Below, piece after piece: positions 19,831-27,493 of a DNA stretch of 28,917 nt (within the stretch, counting starts at the first letter, position 1; each line of letters starts with the position of its first letter). Source of the DNA: an uncultured Nitrospiraceae bacterium (GTDB taxonomy: Bacteria > Nitrospirota > Nitrospiria > Nitrospirales > Nitrospiraceae); NCBI GenBank assembly GCA_963730935.1, contig CAVSTP010000006.1, positions 1-28,917 on the forward strand, in the 5' to 3' direction. The notes below the pieces were generated by a model. That model made no database searches, was not told the origin of the DNA, and saw only the letters and a program-made list of their open reading frames with translations. The position numbers were made by a program, and so were the translations under genes.

Positions 19831-19990
19831 TTACAAGCCCTTGAACTATCGTGCATCCATCCGTCCGGATAACCTGTCCGTCTAGTCCTCGACTTGGGAC
19901 ATCCTGTCCCACAACAAGGGTGTGTTGACGAGGGGGAAACTAGCCACTAGGGGTAAACAAGCTACAGAAAATCCTAGGTCTTCCGGCCCG

Positions 19991-20020
19991 TTGACAAGCT
20001 TTTCAACCGCACGGTACAAA
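19991..20020 (+). promoter_or_regulatory. Putative sigma70 promoter for peroxiredoxin-thioredoxin
   Basis: TTGACA at 19991-19996, then TACAAA at 20015-20020; AAGGAGGAG RBS downstream. Confidence 0.45.
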
Positions 20021-20079
20021 ATCTAAGGTTTCTTAACATGGCCTAAGATCGGCTTTAACCTTGCGAAGGAGGAGAAGTT

Positions 20080-20550
20080 ATGAGTGACGTAGCCGCGGAG
20101 ATCAAGGTGGGCGATACCGCCCCGGACTTTAATCTGAAGGACCAAGACCAAAAGGACGTCAAGCTCAGCGAATATCGCGGCAAGAAGAATGTCGTCCTTT
20201 GCTTCTACCCGTTGGACTGGAGTCCGGTCTGTACGGGAGAAAATAAGTGTCTGACCGACGACTTCCCGAAGTTCCAAAATGCGAATGCCGAGCTCTTCGG
20301 CGTCAGCTGCGACAGCTTTTTCTCCCACAAGGCATGGGCCGATTCAATGGATCTCAAACACCGGCTGCTTTCCGATGTACATCGGACGACCGCAAAGGCG
20401 TATGGGCTCTACTTTGAGCCGTTGAACTGCTCAAAGCGCGCGACCGTGATCGTGGATAAGAACGGCAAGGTGGCCTATGTGAAGGTCCAGGAAATCAAGG
20501 TGGCCAGGGAAGACAAGGACATCCTCGCTGCCCTCTCGAAACTGAATTAA
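20080..20550 (+). CDS. Peroxiredoxin (AhpC/TSA family, AhpE/BCP-like)
   Basis: [19 protein letters not shown] (Pxxx[ST]xxC peroxidatic motif), LLSD and [10 protein letters not shown]. Confidence 0.92.
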   Translation: MSDVAAEIKVGDTAPDFNLKDQDQKDVKLSEYRGKKNVVLCFYPLDWSPVCTGENKCLTDDFPKFQNANAELFGVSCDSFFSHKAWADSMDLKHRLLSDVHRTTAKAYGLYFEPLNCSKRATVIVDKNGKVAYVKVQEIKVAREDKDILAALSKLN

Positions 20551-20561
20551 TACAGAGTGGG

Positions 20562-20598
20562 GGACTGAGAACTGGAAACTATCCGGTCTCTCAGTCCT
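20562..20598 (+). other. Intergenic stem-loop between peroxiredoxin and thioredoxin
   Basis: GGACTGAGA-ACTGGA-aacta-TCCGGT-c-TCTCAGTCC forms an imperfect ~15-bp hairpin. Confidence 0.5.
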
Positions 20599-20608
20599 CT
20601 TAATTCAT

Positions 20609-20941
20609 ATGTCTGGGATCGTACAAGACGTCAGCGACGCAAACTACAAGGAGTTTACGGACAGCTCCGGCGCCGTCGTGGCCTATGGACTGGCCACCTG
20701 CGAGCCCTGCAAGACCTACGACCCCATTCTCGAAGATACCGCCGCCAAGTTTCCGGAAATCAAAGTTGGCAAGGCCAAAATGCATGTCCCCGGCCGATGC
20801 CGCGAGATCAAGAAGACCCACAGCTTCGAGACCTATCCCACCACGCATTTTTACGCAAACGGCAAGCTGCTGCTCACCCGCGAGGGGGTAGTAGACAAGG
20901 CCGAACTCGCGGCGCTGATTTCAGATTACCTCCTCAAGTAA
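20609..20941 (+). CDS. Thioredoxin family protein
   Basis: CEPC active site, cis-Pro motif TYPT, 110 aa with thioredoxin-fold pattern. Confidence 0.87.
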   Translation: MSGIVQDVSDANYKEFTDSSGAVVAYGLATCEPCKTYDPILEDTAAKFPEIKVGKAKMHVPGRCREIKKTHSFETYPTTHFYANGKLLLTREGVVDKAELAALISDYLLK

Positions 20942-20989
20942 GTCGGACTGTTCAGTGTAACCTACAGCGAGCGCGCTCGTAATGGGGAT

Positions 20990-21472
20990 CTACCGCTCCA
21001 GTCCCTGCGGTTTCGTTTTCGAACAGTGCTCGTGTCGAATGAGCCAGCCCGAACTCTCTTTGCGGAGGATGCTCGTGCACTTGCCCCGCTCTTGGGCGTC
21101 GAGTTCGCCGTTTTTTATCGCTTGAAACACATAGTCGTAGGAAGCCCACGCGGTCGGGCCAGATATATGGGTGTTGAGGTTTGAGACGGCACCCAGGAAA
21201 TGCACACGGCTGCCCTGCTCGAGTGCTGATCCGTACTCAGAAAGCCATTTTTCGATGGTCTCGCGTGTTTCCACTTCTCCGTCCTGCACTCCGCTGTAAT
21301 CGGCAGTGTACAATTTGAGCACCGCCTCTTTGTCTCTGGTTTCGACGAAGGTCGCCGACGACTTCGCCTCCGCAAGCAGCACCTTTTCGATCGCTTCCTC
21401 ATCGCCTGCGGCTTTCGAAGCCATTGCCCAGAATACGAGACCGATGATGACGCTGCAGGCCAGACGTGGCAT
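20990..21472 (-). CDS. Exported NTF2/SnoaL-like (DUF4440-type) protein
   Basis: Signal-peptide-like N-terminus (MPRLACSVIIGLVFWAMASKAAG), LYTADY, GPTAWASY and T.ILRKE..GWLIRHEH.S C-terminal signature. Confidence 0.8.
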   Translation of the reverse strand: MPRLACSVIIGLVFWAMASKAAGDEEAIEKVLLAEAKSSATFVETRDKEAVLKLYTADYSGVQDGEVETRETIEKWLSEYGSALEQGSRVHFLGAVSNLNTHISGPTAWASYDYVFQAIKNGELDAQERGKCTSILRKESSGWLIRHEHCSKTKPQGLER

Positions 21473-21497
21473 GGGATCCTCCGAGGAAGAGAGCGGC

Positions 21498-22250
21498 TTA
21501 GCCGCAACAATCGAATGAAAGATCGCGAGATTGGACGAGGTGGACGCGGAAAAGGCGGCCCGGCGTGATCTTGGAGACCAGGGCGTGCCAGATCCGCTGC
21601 GCAAGGTCTTCTCCGTTGACGACTTCGCCAGCCGCTACTTGACGAAAGTCTTGGCAGTTGTATCGCGAGATCACCGTCTCCTGCACGAGGCGGTCGAGTA
21701 CACCGAGATCAGTTACCATGCCAGTCACTGGATCAATAGCCCCATGCACGGTGATGAAGCAATCCCAGTCCCGTCCCTGGTTGCCTTCCTGGACTGTGGC
21801 GAACGAATATCGTCTCGTGACGCTCGCACGGTCGAGGCCGCCGGCCCTCGTTACATCCGCATAAAGATCCTCGTCTTCGTACAACCGGATCGCGTGAAGG
21901 ACTCCGATATCTTTCTGCTCAACGAGCTTGGTCCAGAGCACACAGGCCAGGTTCTCGGAGGTCGGGATCCGATCGGCAAAATACGGCATGTCGAGATTCA
22001 GGTTCTTGTGATCGAATTCTTCCAGCACGCCGAGCAGAACGCGTTTCAAATCAAACAGGTTGATCACCATCCCGGTCTTCGGATCGACGTCGCCAGACAC
22101 CGTAACGTCGAGGAGATAGTTATGGCCGTGGGCCGGCGGGTTGTAGCAACGCCCGAAGACCGCTCGGTTTTTGGCTTCGTCCCATTCCGGCCTGTGATAC
22201 CGGTGGGCAGCAGCAAATTCAATCCGTTTGGTGAGGAGCACGGGAGCCAT
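21498..22250 (-). CDS. Two-domain 6-pyruvoyl-/6-carboxy-tetrahydropterin synthase (COG0720)
   Basis: FAAAHRY, CYNPPAHGHNY, G.VDP.TGMV, FDHKNLN and PTSENLA in domain 1. A second T-fold repeat (GAIDPVTGMVTDL, GEDLA..IW) lacks the HGH motif. Confidence 0.88.
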   Translation of the reverse strand: MAPVLLTKRIEFAAAHRYHRPEWDEAKNRAVFGRCYNPPAHGHNYLLDVTVSGDVDPKTGMVINLFDLKRVLLGVLEEFDHKNLNLDMPYFADRIPTSENLACVLWTKLVEQKDIGVLHAIRLYEDEDLYADVTRAGGLDRASVTRRYSFATVQEGNQGRDWDCFITVHGAIDPVTGMVTDLGVLDRLVQETVISRYNCQDFRQVAAGEVVNGEDLAQRIWHALVSKITPGRLFRVHLVQSRDLSFDCCG

Positions 22251-22300
22251 TTTCATCTCCAACGTCAGTGGTTGGAATCATTCCCTGTCGAAAGTAACGC

Positions 22301-22885
22301 CTATGCGCTCAAGTCGGCGAGCCATTCCTCCCGAAGGCTACCGGGCACGTGCACCGTCTCGCGGTAGCCGTTATGGTCCGCCGTTAACAATACTGGCTGA
22401 CGGAGATCCGCAAACGCCTGTTTCATGGCCTCGCTCGGTCTGAACCGGACGAAATGCACGGCGCTGATTTTCGTCTCGTGGCTATGGCCGCCTTCAAATT
22501 GTCCGAAGACCGATTCTCCTCCCGCCATAATCGCCACCGTGTGGCCGTGATCCAATCCCATAAACCGGTCAAGCCACTCTTTCATCGTTGCCGCTTCCGT
22601 GATCTCGATGAGGAGCGTGGCGCTGAGCTCGTTCGCTGCCGGCAACAGTTCATTGTACACATCGAGTTCATTGTCCACCTTGGCCGGCTGCAAGATCCGC
22701 TCGGCCCGGATCATTTCCTGAATCTGAAACCGCAAGGTTTCGCGATTCTCGAACACCAGCGTGATGAGGGGCCCGAGTGAAACGCGTCGCCGCTGCTTCA
22801 GCGCGATGATGCGAGAACGATAGGCTTCACGCTGCCGCTCATACTCGTCAAGCGGCAACAAATCTTCCTGCGTCAGAGGCTTCAT
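22301..22885 (-). CDS. DUF3501 family protein
   Basis: RRVSLGP.ITLVFENRETLRFQIQEMIRAER, YNELLP, LSATLLIE and K.SAVHFVRF motifs; start overlaps the upstream stop (ATGA). Confidence 0.9.
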   Translation of the reverse strand: MKPLTQEDLLPLDEYERQREAYRSRIIALKQRRRVSLGPLITLVFENRETLRFQIQEMIRAERILQPAKVDNELDVYNELLPAANELSATLLIEITEAATMKEWLDRFMGLDHGHTVAIMAGGESVFGQFEGGHSHETKISAVHFVRFRPSEAMKQAFADLRQPVLLTADHNGYRETVHVPGSLREEWLADLSA

Positions 22886-24156
22886 TTCGGCAGTCCGTAG
22901 GCATCGCGAACGACTTGGATCGGATGGAGCGTCCCCTTCCCTCCGACATGCGCCGACGCCCCGGCTTGATCGAGCTGTAATCCGGCCAGTGGACAATCGG
23001 ACGCCACCAGATCGGCCGGCTGCTGTCGAATGGCACGCACGGCCTTTTCGGCAATGTGCATGGACAGCTCAAAAAACTCCGTTTTCGCCGACCAGGCTCC
23101 GTCATGCCCCGAACACTTCTCTGTCACCTCCACGTGTGCCCCGGCGCACTCCATCAGCTCTTTCGATTTAAATCCGATATTTTGATCGCGGAGATGGCAA
23201 GGGATGTGGTACGCGACGCGGCCAGGACTCTTGACGAAATCCATCACCAGCAGACCATCCTTTTTCATTTTCATGAGATATTCGCAGATGTCGTAAGTGC
23301 TTCGGGCTACCTCTTTGGTCGGTTCATCGGGGTGCAGGTCCGGATACTCGCGTTTCAGCATCAAGCTGCAACTAGCGGTAGGCACGACGACATCATACCC
23401 TTGAGAAACCCACTGGTGGAGCGAAGCGACGTTGGCGCTGACCGCCTGCCGGATGGCAGCGAGATCTCCAAGATCGAAGGAGGGCATGCCGCAGCACCGC
23501 TGCTCCGGGACGACGACCTCGACGCCGTTCTTCTCCAAGACTTGGATAGCGGCCTTCCCAACGTCGGTCACCTGGTAGTTCACGAGACAGCTCGAAAACA
23601 AGGCGACCTTCTTCACTGGAACATCCCTGCGCACGGGCCTTGGACGCCTGGAAAACCAGCGAGGAAACGTCTCTGCCGAGAATTGCAGTATGTGCCGGTC
23701 TCGATGAACACCGGCAACGGCTTCGATCAGCCGCCTGACGGTTGAACGCGTCATGAGCCAATTGAGAGGTCCGGCCGTAAGGCTCCCTAGCCTGCCGATG
23801 ACATCGGTGGCGATGAGCCAGCGGTCGCGCCAGCGCACGCCTCGCTCAGCGGCCAGCCGCTGTTTCCTGAGGATCATCAAATGAGGAAAATCGATCTCGT
23901 ACTGGTGAGGTGGCGTATAAGGGCAGTGATTAAAACAGAGTTTGCAATAGTAGCATTCGTCGACGATCCGGCGATGATCCTCCGACGTCAGCTTCGCCAC
24001 GTCTCCCTCGTGCCGGTCGATGCCATTGAGGAGCGTGTTGAATGATGGGCAGAGATTGAAGCAGCGGCGGCACCCGTCGCAGATCTCATAGATGCGCTGT
24101 GTTTCCTTATCCAGCTGCGCGGGATCGACCGGTTGGATAAGGGAGAGCCCCCTCAT
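22882..24156 (-). CDS. Rubrerythrin-associated Fe-S oxidoreductase (GlpC/HdrD-like: 2x4Fe-4S plus CCG domains)
   Basis: CDGCRRCFNLCP and CYYCKLCFNHCP ferredoxin motifs; RCCGMP, HIPCHLR, KCSGHDG and SDCPLA; GGAG RBS precedes ATG 24156. Confidence 0.9.
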   Translation of the reverse strand: MRGLSLIQPVDPAQLDKETQRIYEICDGCRRCFNLCPSFNTLLNGIDRHEGDVAKLTSEDHRRIVDECYYCKLCFNHCPYTPPHQYEIDFPHLMILRKQRLAAERGVRWRDRWLIATDVIGRLGSLTAGPLNWLMTRSTVRRLIEAVAGVHRDRHILQFSAETFPRWFSRRPRPVRRDVPVKKVALFSSCLVNYQVTDVGKAAIQVLEKNGVEVVVPEQRCCGMPSFDLGDLAAIRQAVSANVASLHQWVSQGYDVVVPTASCSLMLKREYPDLHPDEPTKEVARSTYDICEYLMKMKKDGLLVMDFVKSPGRVAYHIPCHLRDQNIGFKSKELMECAGAHVEVTEKCSGHDGAWSAKTEFFELSMHIAEKAVRAIRQQPADLVASDCPLAGLQLDQAGASAHVGGKGTLHPIQVVRDAYGLPK

Positions 24157-24235
24157 GTTGTCTCCTGCCATGAAACACGAAGGGTGGGCTGAATATCCGA
24201 TCCAGTCCACCCTTCGATTGCCGTCGACTCGGCGA

Positions 24236-24661
24236 TCAGCTCTTCAGACTGTCGAGCCCTTTTTGAAAACGGTTCGCATGCGAACGCTCGGCCTTGGCCA
24301 AGGTTTCGAACCATTCCGCCAGTTCGGCGAAACCCTCTTCACGCGCCGTCTTCGCCATGCCGGGATACATCTGCGTGTATTCGTATGTTTCCCCCTCGAT
24401 AGCGGACTTCAAATTGGCGTCCGTATTGCCGATCGGCACCCCGGTAGCGGGGTCTCCGACTTCTTTGAGAAAGTCCAGATGCCCAAAGGCATGGCCGGTT
24501 TCGGCCTCTGACGTGTCGCGGAATAAACCGCCAACGTCAGGGTATCCTTCGATATCGGCCCGCCTGGCGAAATAGAGATAGCGGCGGTTGGCCTGTGATT
24601 CGCCGGCAAAGGCCCCCTTCAAGTTCTCATGACTCTTAGTGCCCTTTAGACTCTTGCTCAT
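24236..24661 (-). CDS. Rubrerythrin, short form without rubredoxin domain
   Basis: [31 protein letters not shown] and AERSHA di-iron motifs; no C-terminal CxxC pairs. Confidence 0.93.
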   Translation of the reverse strand: MSKSLKGTKSHENLKGAFAGESQANRRYLYFARRADIEGYPDVGGLFRDTSEAETGHAFGHLDFLKEVGDPATGVPIGNTDANLKSAIEGETYEYTQMYPGMAKTAREEGFAELAEWFETLAKAERSHANRFQKGLDSLKS

Positions 24662-24761
24662 CGAAACCTCCTGTTCAGAATCGCGATCGAAAGCATGGAT
24701 CGGGAAAACGCTCCACGTCCTTTTTGGGGCGCTATAAGATAGCCCAGTGGTCCTTGCAGGT

Positions 24762-25325
24762 TCAACCCGTCAATGGCCGATACAGGGGCAATAGGTCCTC
24801 CGTCGCTGCCAGGGTGCCATACGTTTGGTCTTTTGGCGACAGGAGCGGTGCGGGCACCGGCCACGTGATGGCCAAAGCGGGATCGTTCCAGATAATGCCC
24901 CGCCCGTCCTTCGGCGAATAAAAATCAGTGCACTTGTACAGCACCGAGGCCTGTTCGCTCGTCACGCAGAAACCGTGCGCGCAGCCCGGGGGAATGAAGA
25001 GCTGCCGAAAGTTGGCCGAGGACAGTTCAACTCCCTGCCATTTCCCGAACGTGGGAGACCCCCTTCGGATATCTGCGACCACATCATAGACTACCCCTTC
25101 TAGCACCATGACCAGTTTCCCTTGGGGATGCGGTTCCTGATAGTGGAGCCCGCGCAGCGTCCCGCGGACGGAACGAGAAAAGTTATCCTGAACAAACCGC
25201 TCGGTGAGGCCTGCTTCGGCATAGCGCTGCGCATGGAATGTTTCACAAAAGAGTCCCCGCTGATCGCGGAAGAGCACTGGTTCGATCAGCAGAACGCCGG
25301 GAATGTCGAACGCGGTGACCTTCAC
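24762..25325 (-). CDS. rfbC: dTDP-4-dehydrorhamnose 3,5-epimerase
   Basis: FRDQRG.F.ET, FVQDN.S.S..GTLRGLHYQ, DIRRGSPTFG.W, AHGF, YKCTDFY and WNDP motifs; GTG start at 25325. Confidence 0.95.
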   Translation of the reverse strand: MKVTAFDIPGVLLIEPVLFRDQRGLFCETFHAQRYAEAGLTERFVQDNFSRSVRGTLRGLHYQEPHPQGKLVMVLEGVVYDVVADIRRGSPTFGKWQGVELSSANFRQLFIPPGCAHGFCVTSEQASVLYKCTDFYSPKDGRGIIWNDPALAITWPVPAPLLSPKDQTYGTLAATEDLLPLYRPLTG

Positions 25326-25347
25326 TTCGTCAAGTCCTCTCGGTTGG

Positions 25348-25770
25348 TCAACCGCTCGAACGATCGTCAAACGGCGGTGGTTGGGGATCGACGATATCAG
25401 GATGGTCGGGGTACAATTGTCCGAGACGATCGATTAAGGGTTGGGCGGCGGAAGAACTCTCACGCGTCGGATTGCTGACAGGGTGGTCCCACACCAGCTG
25501 CGTAATCCCCGCCTCTAGCAACAGTGATCGGATGGTCGAGAGGCAGGCTTCGAGCGTCAGATCCGTACCATGGCGCAGGTCGAGCACCCGCTCTTTGGGA
25601 TCGACAGGGGGCGTATCCGTGTTGACCAACGCCCAACAGCGGTCGAAGATGCTGATGCGAAGCGCTTTGGGTACATTGATGTTCTCAACGTTCGAGGTAC
25701 AGAGCGCAGTCACAAACAGCACGAACTGCAAATCCGGCATGCCGGGATTTCGGATATCCAGTTGGGGCAT
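25348..25770 (-). CDS. Hypothetical protein
   Basis: 140-aa ORF filling the gap between the ThiS-like gene and rfbC, with plausible globular composition; no family recognised. Confidence 0.7.
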   Translation of the reverse strand: MPQLDIRNPGMPDLQFVLFVTALCTSNVENINVPKALRISIFDRCWALVNTDTPPVDPKERVLDLRHGTDLTLEACLSTIRSLLLEAGITQLVWDHPVSNPTRESSSAAQPLIDRLGQLYPDHPDIVDPQPPPFDDRSSG

Positions 25771-25836
25771 GATGGGGCATTATGGTTGCGCCTGCGCAAT
25801 CGAGTCAACGGCATTGAACAGGAGCGTTGTCCTCGG

Positions 25837-26112
25837 ATGGTGACGATTTCCCTTATGGGACAGCTCCAAACGGCCGACGGCGAACGCGATCTCGCTTGCG
25901 AAGTGCCCTCGCCCATGACGGTCCGACAGGTGATTCAGCGCCAGGGCGTGCAACTGCGCCACTTGCTGCAGTTGATCCGCGAAAAGAAGGTGTTGGTCAC
26001 GATCAACAAGAGGATCGCCAGCGATGATTCCCTGGTCCATGACGGCGATGCCATCCGTCTCGTCGGCCATGACGGCTTCGGCGGAAGCGGCCTCGGTCCC
26101 ACACACACATAG
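25837..26112 (+). CDS. MoaD/ThiS-family ubiquitin-like protein with C-terminal extension
   Basis: Beta-grasp pattern MVTISLMGQL...MTVRQVI...VLVTINKR.......VHDGDAIRLV, followed by GHDGFGG-SGLGPTHT; CAGGAG upstream. Confidence 0.8.
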   Translation: MVTISLMGQLQTADGERDLACEVPSPMTVRQVIQRQGVQLRHLLQLIREKKVLVTINKRIASDDSLVHDGDAIRLVGHDGFGGSGLGPTHT

Positions 26113-26123
26113 GTTGGATTAGC

Positions 26124-26248
26124 GCAGAGCATTGAAAAAAGCCGTTAAGTAGGCCGCAGCGAGCGAGAAGCCGAGGCGTACGTTTCTTAGTACGTTGAGG
26201 TTTTGAGCAATGCGAGAACGAGGCTAACGGCTTTTTTCAATGCTCTGC
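26124..26248. mobile_element. 125-bp MITE-like palindromic element
   Basis: Perfect 24-bp terminal inverted repeats GCAGAGCATTGAAAAAAGCCGTTA / TAACGGCTTTTTTCAATGCTCTGC, an internal CGTAC...GTACG dyad, no ORF, located between convergent genes. Confidence 0.75.
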
Positions 26249-26250
26249 AA

Positions 26251-26285
26251 TGAGAAGGGCCGGCGCCCCGCAGGGAGCCGGCCCT
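26251..26285 (-). terminator. Hairpin downstream of the HU gene (probable terminator)
   Basis: AGGGCCGGC...GCCGGCCCT 9-bp outer stem plus an inner stem, followed on the minus strand by TCTCATT. Confidence 0.5.
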
Positions 26286-26348
26286 AGTCTCCAGAGCCTG
26301 AGGCGGAAAGCTCACAGAGCTTCGCGCGACAGCCCGATTGATGCCTGA

Positions 26349-26636
26349 TTATTTCTTACCGAGGATGGCGTCTTTGGCAGCCTTGGACACGCGGAACTTC
26401 ACCACCCGCTTAGCCGGAATCTTGATCGCCTCACCGGTTTGAGGATTCCGCCCCATACGTGCCTTCCGATTTGCCAACACGAGCTTTCCGATCCCCGGAA
26501 CCACGAAGACATTCTTCGCTTCCCGATAGGCCAAGGCGGCAAAATCGTCCAACAACTGGACGGCCGCTTTCTTGGTCAGCCCTGCCTTTTGAGCCACGTG
26601 ATCGGCGATCTGCGACTTGGTCATTGATTTAGCCAT
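26349..26636 (-). CDS. hup: HU family DNA-binding protein
   Basis: MTKSQI, PGIGKL and RKARMGRNPQTGEAIKIPAKRVVKFR signature. Confidence 0.95.
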   Translation of the reverse strand: MAKSMTKSQIADHVAQKAGLTKKAAVQLLDDFAALAYREAKNVFVVPGIGKLVLANRKARMGRNPQTGEAIKIPAKRVVKFRVSKAAKDAILGKK

Positions 26637-26766
26637 GCGAGAAACCCTCCTTGAAACAATATGTAGGTGAATTGCGAACTGCTGCCTCTCAGTGGAGACT
26701 TCGTGCGAAGAAGTGACTCGTCAAAGAGACCGTAATGAACTCGTGTTTCAGCCAAAAACCTGCGGG

Positions 26767-26795
26767 AGTCTATCCAAGCGCTCATGGCCTGTCAA
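26767..26795 (-). promoter_or_regulatory. Sigma70 promoter of the HU gene
   Basis: Minus strand TTGACA (26795-26790), 17 bp, TAGACT (26772-26767). Confidence 0.6.
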
Positions 26796-26927
26796 CCGAA
26801 AAACACGCTCCAGGCGTAGGGATTTGCCTTCAGCAAGGCCTTGCAGTTTCGAGACCAAGCGGCGTACAGTACAGAAACTTTGCGGGTAAGTGACAAGGTT
26901 TAAGACCCCCATGTATTGAGGATTTTT

Positions 26928-27488
26928 ATGGGCAAGCAACTTCCGATTCTACCGGCAACAGCGCAACCTACTGGAACTGCAGCGGAAAAATTTCTCTATT
27001 CTCGGGTGTTTTGCCAAAAGGAAAATCCCTCCCCTCTCCGTCTCATGATCGAATTCTTGAAGTCCCGCGGGCAACTGCCAATCCTGCCAACGGACATGAC
27101 AGAGGAAGCCTTAGGCGACTGGGCCTGGGTGCATGTGACCCTGCAATACGACCGCGCCAGAAAACCTGTTCAGCTTTTTTGCTTCCGCGACCGGGGCACG
27201 TATCAAGACGCGTTCGAACAGGAAAAAGGCCAGTTCCTGGAGGCCTTGACATCCTACGATGACCTTGAAGCCACGCTGGTGGCCGACCAACTCAAAAAAG
27301 CTCGTTTCGTTCTGCTCACCCGGATGGACCCGACCGATGTCACTGACGAAGGCTACGATTTCAACGGTTGGATCCTTGAGTTCTATCAGGAGAATTGCGA
27401 TGGAATCGTTCAAGTTGACGGTCAGGGGTTTTATTCGCCGAAAGGCACGCTGATCGTTGACATGTCCGCCACCGCACCGGAGGAATAA
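26928..27488 (+). CDS. Hypothetical protein
   Basis: 186-aa ORF with GAGG RBS, 5 bp upstream of the YkgJ gene; no family recognised. Confidence 0.75.
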   Translation: MGKQLPILPATAQPTGTAAEKFLYSRVFCQKENPSPLRLMIEFLKSRGQLPILPTDMTEEALGDWAWVHVTLQYDRARKPVQLFCFRDRGTYQDAFEQEKGQFLEALTSYDDLEATLVADQLKKARFVLLTRMDPTDVTDEGYDFNGWILEFYQENCDGIVQVDGQGFYSPKGTLIVDMSATAPEE

Positions 27489-27493
27489 GGGGC

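Noticed and set aside
19562..20079. 6S RNA or another ncRNA in the long gap; ORFs 19485..19709 and 19706..19912
   Set aside because: No long rod-like complementarity was found, and a different minus-strand frame explains the region as a TPR remnant.
20080..20941. Selenocysteine recoding in the peroxiredoxin or thioredoxin
   Set aside because: Active-site residues are encoded by TGT/TGC and there is no in-frame TGA.
14619..23745. Long antisense ORFs (e.g. 14619..15233, 16416..17156, 17716..18411, 21531..22367, 23056..23745)
   Set aside because: They lie opposite or across well-supported genes, lack motifs, and are expected shadows of codon bias in GC-rich DNA.
25570..25836. N-terminal extension of the ThiS-like ORF to 180 aa (likewise the long starts of iscS, iscA, DUF3501, rfbC and the NTF2 gene)
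   Set aside because: The extensions overlap neighbouring genes; downstream starts fit the family N-termini and, in most cases, an RBS or stop-start overlap.
26100..26109. (CA)5 tract at the end of the Ubl gene as a phase-variable repeat
   Set aside because: Too short, and slippage would alter only the last few residues after the GG.
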